DNA of 64,000 nucleotides from Rhizaria sp. SCN 62-66 (lineage: Eukaryota). The translations under genes and the position numbers were made by a program. Positions within the stretch are counted from its first letter, which is position 1. Every line of letters starts with the position of its first letter. The notes beneath the pieces were generated by a model. The model searched no databases. It was not told the DNA's origin and saw nothing but the letters and a program-made list of their open reading frames with translations. Shown in pieces: positions 49,001 to 58,200 of this stretch. The stretch is taken from positions 1 through 64,000 of the forward strand of contig MEDY01000084.1 in NCBI GenBank assembly GCA_001724265.1, given 5' to 3'.

Positions 49001-51995
49001 GCTCGCGGTCGAGGTCCGCGCCCCCGCGGCCGCTGCCGGGTCCGCCTCGGCCGCCGCAGCCGCAGCCGCCGCCGCAGCCGCAGCGGGCAAGGGCCCGGGC
49101 GCGCTGTCCGCGCTGGCCCTCGCGGCCCGCGGCGGCGGCGGCGGCGGCGGTGTGTCGCCCGGCAACTTGCTCTCGCCCTCGTCGGACGTGGGCGGTGAAG
49201 GCGCGACCGTACTCGACGTCGGCATGATCCCCTCTGCCTCCGGCGCGTACAGCGAGAGCGACAACGCCGCCAGTGACCGCCCCGGCGCTGGCTCGACCTT
49301 CGGCGGGCCCGGAGCGCAGCGCAGGGGCCTCGGCCTCGGCGGCGGGAACGGCGGCGGCGCGGGCAACGCGGGCGCGATCGTCACGCTGCTGCTCTCTGGC
49401 GCGCCCACCAGCTCCGGCGACGGCACGGGCGCCGCCGGAACCTCTGGCACCGGTGACGTGGACGGGTTCTGCGTGCAGGACGCGTTTCTGCTTCCCTCGC
49501 ACTCGCTGCTTGCCGCGGCCGTGCCGTACGTCGTCACGCTCGACTGGGCCGCCGGCGCCCGCGCGCACCGCCGTGTTCTGCGCGACTTCGCCGGGCTCGA
49601 AGACGGTGACGCCGCGACGCTGGGCGACATCCTGAGTTTTTCGGTCCACCTCGCGCAGGGCCGGCTCGACGACGCGTACCGCGCGGTCAAACGCATTTCA
49701 ACGCCGGCCGTGTGGCGCACTATGGCCGTCATGGCAGTCCAAACAAAGCGGCTTGACGTCGCGCGCGTGTGCCTGCTGCAGATGGGCAACGTGCGCGGCG
49801 CGTGGATGCTGCGTGCCGCGGCGGAACAGGACGCTCTGTTGCCACCCATCCGCGGCGCATCGGCCGCACTCACCGCCGCCGCGGAGGCCGAGCTCGACGC
49901 CGACCTGGGCGCCACGCCCAACGGCGCCAACTCCAGCAACGGCAACGGTGCGGATGCGGCCGCGCAGGACGACGATGAGCGCAAGTCCGGTGCCGCGGCC
50001 GCCGAGGAAGAGGGCGCCGCGCTCGCCGCCGCCGCGCTAGCGCTGGAACTTGGCCTTCCCCTCGAGGCAGAGCGGCTCTACGCCGAGGCCGGCCGTGCTG
50101 ACCTCGTCGCGCGCACGATGCAGCTCGACGGCCGGTATCACGAGGCTATTGTGTTCTGCGAGCGCGAGGCCCGCGTGCACGCGCCGCCCGCGCACTTCGC
50201 TCTGGCGCGCCACTGCGAGCGCGCCGGCGACCCCGACGAGGCCGCGCGCCAGTACGCGCTCGCCGACGCACACCGCAGCGAGCTCGCGCGCGTACTCGTG
50301 GAGACAGGTCAACCGGGCGCGTACCGGCGCATGGAGGCTACACGTGACGCCAAGGCGCTGGCGTGGCTGGGCCAGTACTGCCTCGCCAAGCAGGCCTGGG
50401 GCGAGGCGCTCCGCTGTTTCACCGAAGCGAAGGCGCTGCACCGCATCGTCGAAGCGTACGTGCGGATGGGCGAGCCCGACAAAGCCTACGCCGTCTGCCG
50501 CGCGACGCAGGACCCCACGGCGTGCTTGACTCTGGCGCGCCACCTCGACGCGTCTCTGCGCGTGCCCGGCGACGTCGCCGCGGCCGCCGCGCAGTCGGGC
50601 GCCCTGGAGCGCGCGGTCGAACTCTACGTCACCGCGCGGCGCCATGCCTCGGCCGTGCAGCTGTGCATGGCCTATGGACTCGACGCCCCGCTGCAGAGGC
50701 TTGCGCTCGAGGCCCCCGCGGCCGTGCAGCTCGAAGCCGCGCGGTACTTCGAGTCCCGCGGCGCCGCCGGCGTGGACCAGGCCGTGCTGCTTTACCTCCG
50801 CGGCGGCAACGCGGCGCGCGCTGTCGAGCTGTGCTTCAAGCACCAGCTCTTCGCGCCGCTCAAGAAGGCCGTCGAGGAGCTTGGCCCCGGCGCGGACCCG
50901 GCCCTTCTGCGGCGCTGCGCCGAGTTCTTCGTGCAACACGGCGAGTACGATAAGGCTGTCCCGCTGCTCGTCGAGGCGCGCGCCGCTCCGGAGGCGCTGC
51001 AGCTGTGCGCGGCGCACAACGTGCTCATCACCGAGGATATGGCCGAGAAGCTTTCCCCGGCCAAGCCCGCCGCGGGGTCGCCCGGTGAGGCTGAAGCGGC
51101 CGCGACGCGCACGGCGACGCTGATGCAAATCGCGCAGCTGTGCTCGGATCAGGGCTCGTTCCAGCTCGCGTGCAAGAAGTTCACGCAGGCCGGCGACCGT
51201 ATGCGCGCGATGAAGAGTCTGCTGCGCTCCAAGGACGTCGACAAGATCTGCTACTACGCGCAGATGAGCAAGAAACGCGAGTTGTATATCCTCGCCGCGC
51301 GCTTCCTCGAGCGCCTCGATTGGCGCCAGAACGCCGACCTCGCAAAGCAAATCACGCAGTTCTACACTCTGGCGCGTGCGATGCAGGCGCTGGCGGCGTT
51401 CCACGAGCGCGAGGCGCAGTCGCAGATCGACGATAACCGCGACTACGTGGCGGCCCACGAGGCGCTGCGACGCTCGCTTGCGGCTCTGCAGCGCGCGCGC
51501 GCGGCGGGGCCCGGCGCGGAGCCCGGCGTGGCGCCTGGGCAGGAGACCACGGACGCGCACGTTGACAGCTGCACGCAGCGGCTGCTGCTCGTGCAGCGCT
51601 TCACTGAGGCGCGCAACCTGCTCGAGAGTGATCCGGAGCAGATGCTGCGCGAGTGCTTCGAGGTCGCGCGGCTGAGTCTCGAGCAGCAGCGCGCGCATGC
51701 GCAGGCGTTTGGCGCGCAGCAGCCAGCGGCGAGCGTGCGCGCCGGTGACGCGTACGCGCTTATCGTCGAGTACTGCGCCGCTGTCGGCGACAACGCGCGC
51801 GCGCTCGAGGGGCTTTACGCGTTGCGTGGCGCCGGGCTCAAGGTCGTTGACTATGTTGACGCAGCCGTGGTGGACCAGGTGGCGCGCGCGCAGGGCGTGG
51901 ACCCCGGTCAGATCACCGGCGTCGCGCAGCAACAGCAGCAGCAGGGCCAGCGCGCGGGCGGCGCGGGCGGGTATGAGATCGAGGAAGACATGTGA
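46038..51995 (+). CDS. IFT140: Intraflagellar transport protein 140 (IFT-A; WD40 plus TPR-like)
   Basis: N-terminal WD40 (LAWHP..LLALGWDDG). LRDFAGLE, GRLDDAYRAVKRI...VWRTMA.MAVQTKRLDVARVCL..MG, DQAVLLY.RGG, LLRRCAEFF, QGSFQLACKKFTQAGD..AMKSLL, AQSQIDD.RDY, VRAGDAY. The start could lie upstream (ORF open from 45876). Confidence 0.93.
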   Translation: MSAGASFVAFPVTAASADVAPVTRQAWSAGDVPHLAVASTDAKVRIYLEEDDTCVLHDTLTAEAGRRLAPASSQQQQQQNGGGNAINSVLGATPCTALAWHPTANLLALGWDDGAVSLWREGAGTLLWLPADPERAAAVTVLAWSTADRGARLIRGDSSGLVTIFAVDPRAAAPPAAQLSLSAAAAAAAASGSNSTPSNANSISNSSSSSASGSGPLRLQPIRRLLRHAAIAHVVFRPLSAADAESAPITGSSGSGSGSGAGTGGDWCQPFFFATKAGTAFHCGATGACSELAAYGSALHGMRWDPRAGALVLLGRDAGYLAVTVTADGLRGEERRVRLAVPAAKGAAAAAAAAGGDSGSVSSSAVSTLAWVGDGALVAAAAEEPVVRLWSLRTAHAFTLPLPALAAGGGGGAGNTGPVKAVSVAYDPAQRLLLVGTDSCHLCMWRWVGQDSSSASNANSAAASNDDDDDDDEAGPSAADWVSLPPLRVSDTIRGFAVRVPASTGADPSASAAAGPADALVSASLGVHLVCVKPSQHCSATAPGWAAVQIGPTTVAIERTDVPPALAHDAGSGVDSLSASSATTASSPTERAAAAAAAASATTPINGPRLLWQLPFIPRTLVVRDGIVVASNGRKAEVADAHAPVAAANGAEPAPSVVGRFAARTRLLAIGARESGSLFAVTGGAKIEVVNYQGVVKSVIPLASDTDGAPALLSLAAPPAGSAAAAAGAGAFLACVTTLGVLKLWDVSRREPRAVVTARHLLRDPAVRGALPPSAAAKAAKARATSAAATNANANNDAAAAAVPRARVSMLAGMRIGASAADSADRKGSAGASRGGITGRGRSGSTAVDDDSANSRWEAQFADWQVTHVWPSPTGARVAFAVRSTRSPFTGQLPSAAAAAVAGPDSRLFVYDTDADTVAVHDFGGAANAANSANSGSSSAMAAVGVGAGSRGAGGRGGSLGAASAALARALPVAVPVAAAWDPSHPAVLAVEVRAPAAAAGSASAAAAAAAAAAAAGKGPGALSALALAARGGGGGGGVSPGNLLSPSSDVGGEGATVLDVGMIPSASGAYSESDNAASDRPGAGSTFGGPGAQRRGLGLGGGNGGGAGNAGAIVTLLLSGAPTSSGDGTGAAGTSGTGDVDGFCVQDAFLLPSHSLLAAAVPYVVTLDWAAGARAHRRVLRDFAGLEDGDAATLGDILSFSVHLAQGRLDDAYRAVKRISTPAVWRTMAVMAVQTKRLDVARVCLLQMGNVRGAWMLRAAAEQDALLPPIRGASAALTAAAEAELDADLGATPNGANSSNGNGADAAAQDDDERKSGAAAAEEEGAALAAAALALELGLPLEAERLYAEAGRADLVARTMQLDGRYHEAIVFCEREARVHAPPAHFALARHCERAGDPDEAARQYALADAHRSELARVLVETGQPGAYRRMEATRDAKALAWLGQYCLAKQAWGEALRCFTEAKALHRIVEAYVRMGEPDKAYAVCRATQDPTACLTLARHLDASLRVPGDVAAAAAQSGALERAVELYVTARRHASAVQLCMAYGLDAPLQRLALEAPAAVQLEAARYFESRGAAGVDQAVLLYLRGGNAARAVELCFKHQLFAPLKKAVEELGPGADPALLRRCAEFFVQHGEYDKAVPLLVEARAAPEALQLCAAHNVLITEDMAEKLSPAKPAAGSPGEAEAAATRTATLMQIAQLCSDQGSFQLACKKFTQAGDRMRAMKSLLRSKDVDKICYYAQMSKKRELYILAARFLERLDWRQNADLAKQITQFYTLARAMQALAAFHEREAQSQIDDNRDYVAAHEALRRSLAALQRARAAGPGAEPGVAPGQETTDAHVDSCTQRLLLVQRFTEARNLLESDPEQMLRECFEVARLSLEQQRAHAQAFGAQQPAASVRAGDAYALIVEYCAAVGDNARALEGLYALRGAGLKVVDYVDAAVVDQVARAQGVDPGQITGVAQQQQQQGQRAGGAGGYEIEEDM

Positions 51996-53246
51996 AGTCA
52001 TTCACCGCCGATTTCAGAACTCGAAAATCGCATTGCGCACAATGGCATTGACAGGTCATGCACTGAAACTGCATCTAACTGTTTGTTGTCGCGCAATACT
52101 CGGGCCACTGCCTCGGCTGACTAGCCATATAACTAGACTTACTCACATGCACAGATCGCGTAAGAGCGCTTCTTTGTTTCCACAATCCAATCACTATGTT
52201 TACACATCTGATTCCTATCATTATTTGAGCAATTCACAAAAACAATAGAATAAGCAATTGAAAGTATAATGCCGACAGATATTTGTGATATTGATTGTTT
52301 GGTGTATGTAACTACGCGCATCGGTGAGAGCAATACAGGCTGCACAGATGTCGAGAAAACGAAAATAAAAGCATAATGAAACGTAAATGTAAACGTATAG
52401 TGAAACGCAAACGGCGCGTGGAGGGAAAAAACGAAAAAAAATAGATCATCCAACACGACCGGCGTGTCATAGCCAGCAACACACAGCGTAGCAGCGCCCG
52501 TCGCTTTAAGTAAAATAAAAGCAAAGTTTCGCGACGGCGCGGCAGCTGCGCTGTGTGATTGCAGCTACACGCAAGCGTGTTGTGACCGTGACCAAGAAGC
52601 ATATTCAGGCGCACCGAGTCCGCGCCCACAGCCAGTCATTGTCGCAGTCAAATCGCGGTCAAAATGGTTAACTGCACAGCGCAGTGCGCTGAAACAAGGT
52701 TATACAGTGTGTGACTGTGTGACTGCGAGTGACTGTGAGTGGCTGTGGGACGGGGCGGCACGACCGGACAGCGAGTCCCGACTGTCCGCACTCTCTCACT
52801 GGCGAGAGTGAGCAGTGTCAGTCATGATGAGACGGACCTAACCTGCTTCATGAGTGAAAGTGACTGCGAGACAGAGAGGGAGCTCGCTGGCTCCATAGAT
52901 AAACCTACTGCGCGCGCGCCGCACGACACCACGGCGCGGCGCACTGCCCGACACTGCTCGGGCGGTTAGGGCGAACAAGAGAGCGGGAGCGGGCGCGTGC
53001 GCGAGTGCGGTGCGAGGCACAGCAGCAGGGGAGGGACGCAGGGTGCAATGGAGGGTGGCTGTAGTAGTCGTAGTAGGAAGCGTGCGCAGGCTTGCGATAG
53101 GACGCAGCAAGCACGCGCGCTGCGACGCCCGCGTCCGCGGGGCATTGTGGTTTTGTAGTATTGTGTGTGTTATATTTTGTAGCGAGGACCAGAGCAACAG
53201 CGCAGAGCAAAGTAAAGCAAAGCAAAGTGTTCGCTTGTTCGCTTGC

Positions 53247-53660
53247 TTACTCGTTGCCGTTGATGTAGGGGGTGTGGGCAAGGTAGTCAACGACGTCGTT
53301 GACAGTGACAAGGTAGGCAGCGTCCTGATCGTTGAACTCGGTGTCAAACTCCTGCTCGAGCTCGATGATGACCTCAGTGCAGGAGAGAGAATCGAGACCG
53401 AGGTCCTTCATGAAGTGGGCGGTGGGGGTGAGCGCCTCCTTCTTGATGTTGGGGTAGTTGCCGAGGAACTCGAGGACCTTGAGCTCAACCTCCTCGCGGG
53501 GCACGTAGTGCGAGGTCGCGAGGGCGGAGAACTTGGCGGCGGGGGCGGCAGCGACGACGGGGGCGGAGCGGCCCATCAGCATCATCGAAGTGGCCGGCAT
53601 CGCCGACAAAGGCTTGGAGAGCACGCTCCGAGCCACGAGGCGGCGCAGCGCAGACGACAT
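53247..53660 (-). CDS. Mitochondrial acyl carrier protein (NDUFAB1/ACP1-like)
   Basis: Arg/Ser/Leu/Ala-rich presequence MSSALRRLVARSVLS; AHFMKDLGLDSL phosphopantetheine Ser motif; ELEQEF; TVNDVVDYL. Confidence 0.92.
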   Translation of the reverse strand: MSSALRRLVARSVLSKPLSAMPATSMMLMGRSAPVVAAAPAAKFSALATSHYVPREEVELKVLEFLGNYPNIKKEALTPTAHFMKDLGLDSLSCTEVIIELEQEFDTEFNDQDAAYLVTVNDVVDYLAHTPYINGNE

Positions 53661-54578
53661 ACGTCCGAACAAACCTGAGAAAGACACAAGAAGAGATTAC
53701 AAAGATGCTCGCGTTAGAATTTTAAAAGAACAGTGAAACGCAGGATCGGCAGAGACCATAATGAATTTGCTCCCGTCAGAGTCGGAGCCCAGTCGTAAGA
53801 GCACCAGTCGAGGCATCCGCAAACGGGGAAAAGCACGTCGGATAGCTCCACAAACAAACCACGGAATAAAAAACAGCCGCACATATACATGACTAAAACT
53901 ACAAAGATATAAACGACCGTCCTCCCTCGCTAGCAGTGGTTTTCTGATGTCCTCGGTCGCTGCTGCGGCCTAATTTATTTCGACTGTGCTCACAGTCATT
54001 GGTCGGCCGGCCAGCCAGTCTGCCCGTTGGTGGCCGACTGCAAGCGAGCGGGCAGCAGATAAGAGTCGAAGGGCTGACTGAGCGAGCGACTTTCGAATGT
54101 GCTGGTGTCCTTAATTCGCCGAGAAGTTGAAAATAGTTTTTCGGGGGGTGTTTTTATTGAGTTGATTTTGTTAGCTCTCTTTTTATACCTCCACAGTACT
54201 TGGTTCAATCTCTCTGACAGAGTGATATTTTTTGACACTGGCACCACACCCTCCCTCGCCTTCCCAGCTCCTCGCCTCGCCTGTCAACTGCCCCTCTCAC
54301 TCGCCATTGCCTATTGCACTCCGATCCCCTTTCACGTATGTCTTTGTTCGTGGTTTTAGCTCTTAAAGCTCCCTCCGTGCCCCCACCAGCCCGGTCTCCC
54401 CGCTTCCCTTCCCAGCGCCTCTCTGCACCGCGAGCAGCAGCCCTTCCGGCTCCGCAACAGTCCCAGGGTCTACGGCTGTCTCGCTCCCCGCGTCTTACCC
54501 CGCCTGGCCCCCGCGGCACTTGCTTTCTCCTGTGCGCTGCTTTGCAAGCACGCCTGAGACTGCAGTCTCTCTCTTAAG

Positions 54579-55161
54579 ATGTACGCCTCGCCACCTCACT
54601 TTACTTTTGAATACTTGCTCTCGCTTGCTCATACTCGTGCTGAACGCGAACTCACTCCTCCTATACTTGACTGTTTCTCATGTGCGCCGTCCTCTTTTGC
54701 GTTTGCTATCCATTGTGCTGCTGCACAACAGGAGCCACCCCCACGCTGCCGCTGCGGCCCCCGGAGCTAAACCCTCCGGCGCGACTGCGCCGACAGCGTC
54801 CTCCGCCGCCAAGGCCGCCGCCAAGGCCGCCGCCGCCAAGGCCGCCGCCGCCACCGCCACTGCCCCCGCGTCTGTCGCCGCTCCCGTCGGCCCTCGCGCC
54901 GCCCGCGTTGTTGCCGCCGCCGCAGCCCCCGCCACGACAGCTAGCGCCAGCGCCACTGCAACTCGCCGTGCCGGTCCTCCCGCAGCAGCCGCCACAACCG
55001 CGACTGTCGCTGCGACGGCGCCGGCGAACTCGGGCGTCGGCCAGGCGCAAGCGCAGGCCCAGGCGCGCCGTGTTTGCCTCGCAAAACAAACCGGCAATAA
55101 CAACGCCTCTGTCGCCGCCGCCACTGGCAAGCCCACCGCGTCAAACGCCGATAGCAGCGGC

Positions 55162-55210
<49 letters not shown>

Positions 55211-58200
55211 CGAACAGTAGCAGTAGCTCGACCACGCTCACCGCCCCTGCGCCCGCCCCCAGTGGACTCGGCCACGGACTCGGTATCACCGGGATCGGCT
55301 TGGGCTCACTGGCCATGCCCGCGCGTCTCGACGTGTCGGCCGCCGGTACCTCTGGGGGAGCCGGTGGCGCCCACAGTCACTCCTCCGACGACGAGGACAG
55401 CGACGATGACGACAACGCGCAGCCGCAGCTGCAGACGCTTGCGATGAGCACCAACAGCAGCGGCAGCAGCGGCAGCGGCAGCAGCGGCAGCGGCAGTGCA
55501 ACGGGTGGTAATGGCCCCGTCGCAGGCTCTTCGCTCACTATGATGACTACAACAACGAGCGATCGCGATCTCGACGACGCCGACGCGATGCCGCGTCTGC
55601 CGCCGCTGCGCTCCCCGCCGCTCTCCACGCGCGCCCGCGCCGGACCGCCCGCTGGCGGCTCTTTTTTCGGTCCCAACGCCGCGGCCGGTGGCAACGGCAG
55701 CAGCAGCAGCAGTCACTCTGCCGCGGTGAGCCGCCGGTCGAGCGCGACCGCCGGGTCTGCGTTTGCTCCGCGTCCCAGCGCCAGCAGCAGCAGCAGCAGC
55801 AGCAGCGCCGCCGCAGCAGCAGCCGAGGAGGAGGACGACGACGATGAAGAAGCCGAGGCTCTGAGGGCCGAGGCTGCGCAACAGGCCGCGATCCGGGCGT
55901 TCCAGCGCCGCACGCAGAAGCTCTTCACGCCTACCAGCGCCGCCGCCGCTGCTGCTGCTGCGGGCAACGGGCAGCCCCCGCGGCAGAGGGGCTTCGGGCC
56001 CCCCGTCGCGATCAACACCGGCGCCGGCAGCACCGGCAGCACTGCGAACAGTCTCATCTCGAGCGCGAGCTCAGTCGACAGCAGCGGAGCCATTACCACT
56101 ACCACCAGCAGCAGCAGCAGCACTGTGGGTGCGGTTGCGGGGAATATAAGCCGCACCAGCACCGCTCTTGGCGGCGGCCCCGCGGTGCACACCGGGAGCG
56201 CAGACGACGACGCGGCGGCCGCGGCGGCGGGCGGAATCGAGTGCGGCGACTGGGCATTGGTGTCCCCGGCGCACTCACCGACAAACCGCGGCGGACAGAG
56301 GCAGGGCCAGGGCCGCGGCAACAACAACAACGGCGGTGGCCAGAGCGGCGAGTGCTGCGGCTACAACGAAGGCGACGATGACGGCTACGGCGACTACGAC
56401 GACTACGGTGACGGCGGCGCGTTTGACAGCGAGGCGGACGGTCAGTCGAGTGACGGCGACGGCAACAGCGCCGCCGCAGCCGCCGCGGCAGCGGTGTACG
56501 AGGCCTTGACGTCGCCGGCGACCGGGAAACTGGGTTTTTTCCCCTCGGCCGCACGCGTCACCGCGGCCGCCACAGCCTCGGTCAACAACAACAACAATAA
56601 CAATGCCACGAACGCTACAGCTGGCGTCGGTGGCTTGGGGATGCGGCTTGACTTAGCGCCCGCGCGTGCCTTGGGCGTGTTGGGCGACGAAGAGGACTCG
56701 TACAGTGTGGCGGTGATCGCGGCCGCCACGCGCCCCCGTGCCGGCAACAACAACTCTGCCCGCACTGGGGGTGGTGAATTCACCACTTTTAGCGAGACCA
56801 CGACCCAGGACGAGACGACGACGCAAAACGAGACAACGACTCAGGATGAAACGACGACACAAGATGAGAATACCACTGTCAAATTCACTGTCGATGACTG
56901 TGAGACGACGACCGAGGACCCCGAGTTCGGCATGCGCCTCGACTCGCTGGGCCTCGGCGCCACCGCCGCGACCCTCGGCGGCCTCAAGACCGGGGCTTCT
57001 TCTGCGACGTCCGCGGCGGCTGGAGTCGGCGCCGCGCTACCGCCGACCGCAGAGCAGCTCGCCGCGGCGGCCGCGGCGGCCGCGGAGGTGGCGGCGGTGG
57101 GCGGCGACCGTGAAGAGGGGCTTGTTGCGCTCGCTCTGGGCTACTTGCACATGCTGGAGCAGGCGGGCGCTGCGGGTCCGGTCTACGACAGCGCCGCTAG
57201 CAGCAGCAGTAGTAGTGACAGCGGCGATGATGGCGATGGGGACCGGACTGTGAACGAGAAGAAAGACAGCGGCAGCGCGAGTTCTGAGGAACGCGTGCCT
57301 GCGCCGGCGCCGGTGCCGGTACCCGTGCCTCTGCTGAAGCTCGGCGTGACCCCGGCTCTGCTCCGCGCCGTGGCCCGTCTGTCGGCGCCGCTCGCGCAGC
57401 ACAGTGTGTCGCATCCTTGTGTGTCTTGCGTCGCTGACTCGGAATGCGCCCCGCTCCCATCATCGTCAGCCGCCGCAAACACCGTCGGCGCCAGCGCCAG
57501 CGCTAGAAACGGCGCCCCTGTCTCGACGGCGCCTGCGCCTGCGACCGGTGCCAGTGCCAGCGTGATTGTGAGCGGTCCGTTATCGCCGTCGCGCGTGGCC
57601 CTCATCGCCGCCGCCGAGGCCGCCGCGGGCGCCGCGTGGCCCTGGCTCAACACCGTCACCCCGCCGCGCCCGCCCGCGCTCAACACGCCGCTGCCGCCCG
57701 CTGCCGCGTGGTCCCCCTACGCACTCGCGCTCGCGCGCCACCACGCGCTCCACCCGCCCAGCTCAAGCGCGAACGCAAGCTCAAACAACGCCGGAAGCAC
57801 GCTGAGCAGTGTTCCGGTGATGCCGGTGGGCGTCACGCAGGCCAAGACCGCGAAACTCGCCTTTTTCGCCGCGCAGGCTTCCCGCCTCGCGCCGTTCCTG
57901 CTGCTGTCCGGTGCGCGCGCCGCCACGTGCGCGGGCTCGGCGGCGCGGGAGCGCGTGCGCGCCGTGCTCAACTGCGCCTCTGACGCCGTGCCCTGCGCGT
58001 TCGAGCTGCCGGGGGCTACGGCCGACACGGCTGACTCGACGGCGGGCGTGCGGGCGAACAACGCGAGCGCGATCGCCAACGCGGCCGCGGCGGCGGCGGC
58101 CGACGGGCACGGGTGGGCCGAGCGCGCCGCTCTCCGCGGCGGCAATAGCAACGAGAGCCAAAAGGCGACTCCGGTGGCATATTTGCCGCTGCATTTGGCG

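Noticed and set aside
50037-52001. Long antisense and alternate-frame ORFs (also 30081-32114, 16347-17975, 19481-21133, 14130-15446)
   Set aside because: Shadows of GC-rich, stop-poor codon usage in real genes, with no recognisable motifs.
52705-52870. TGTGAC/GAGTGAC-rich tract between IFT140 and ACP
   Set aside because: Degenerate simple repeat in convergent 3' regions with no supportable structure or function.
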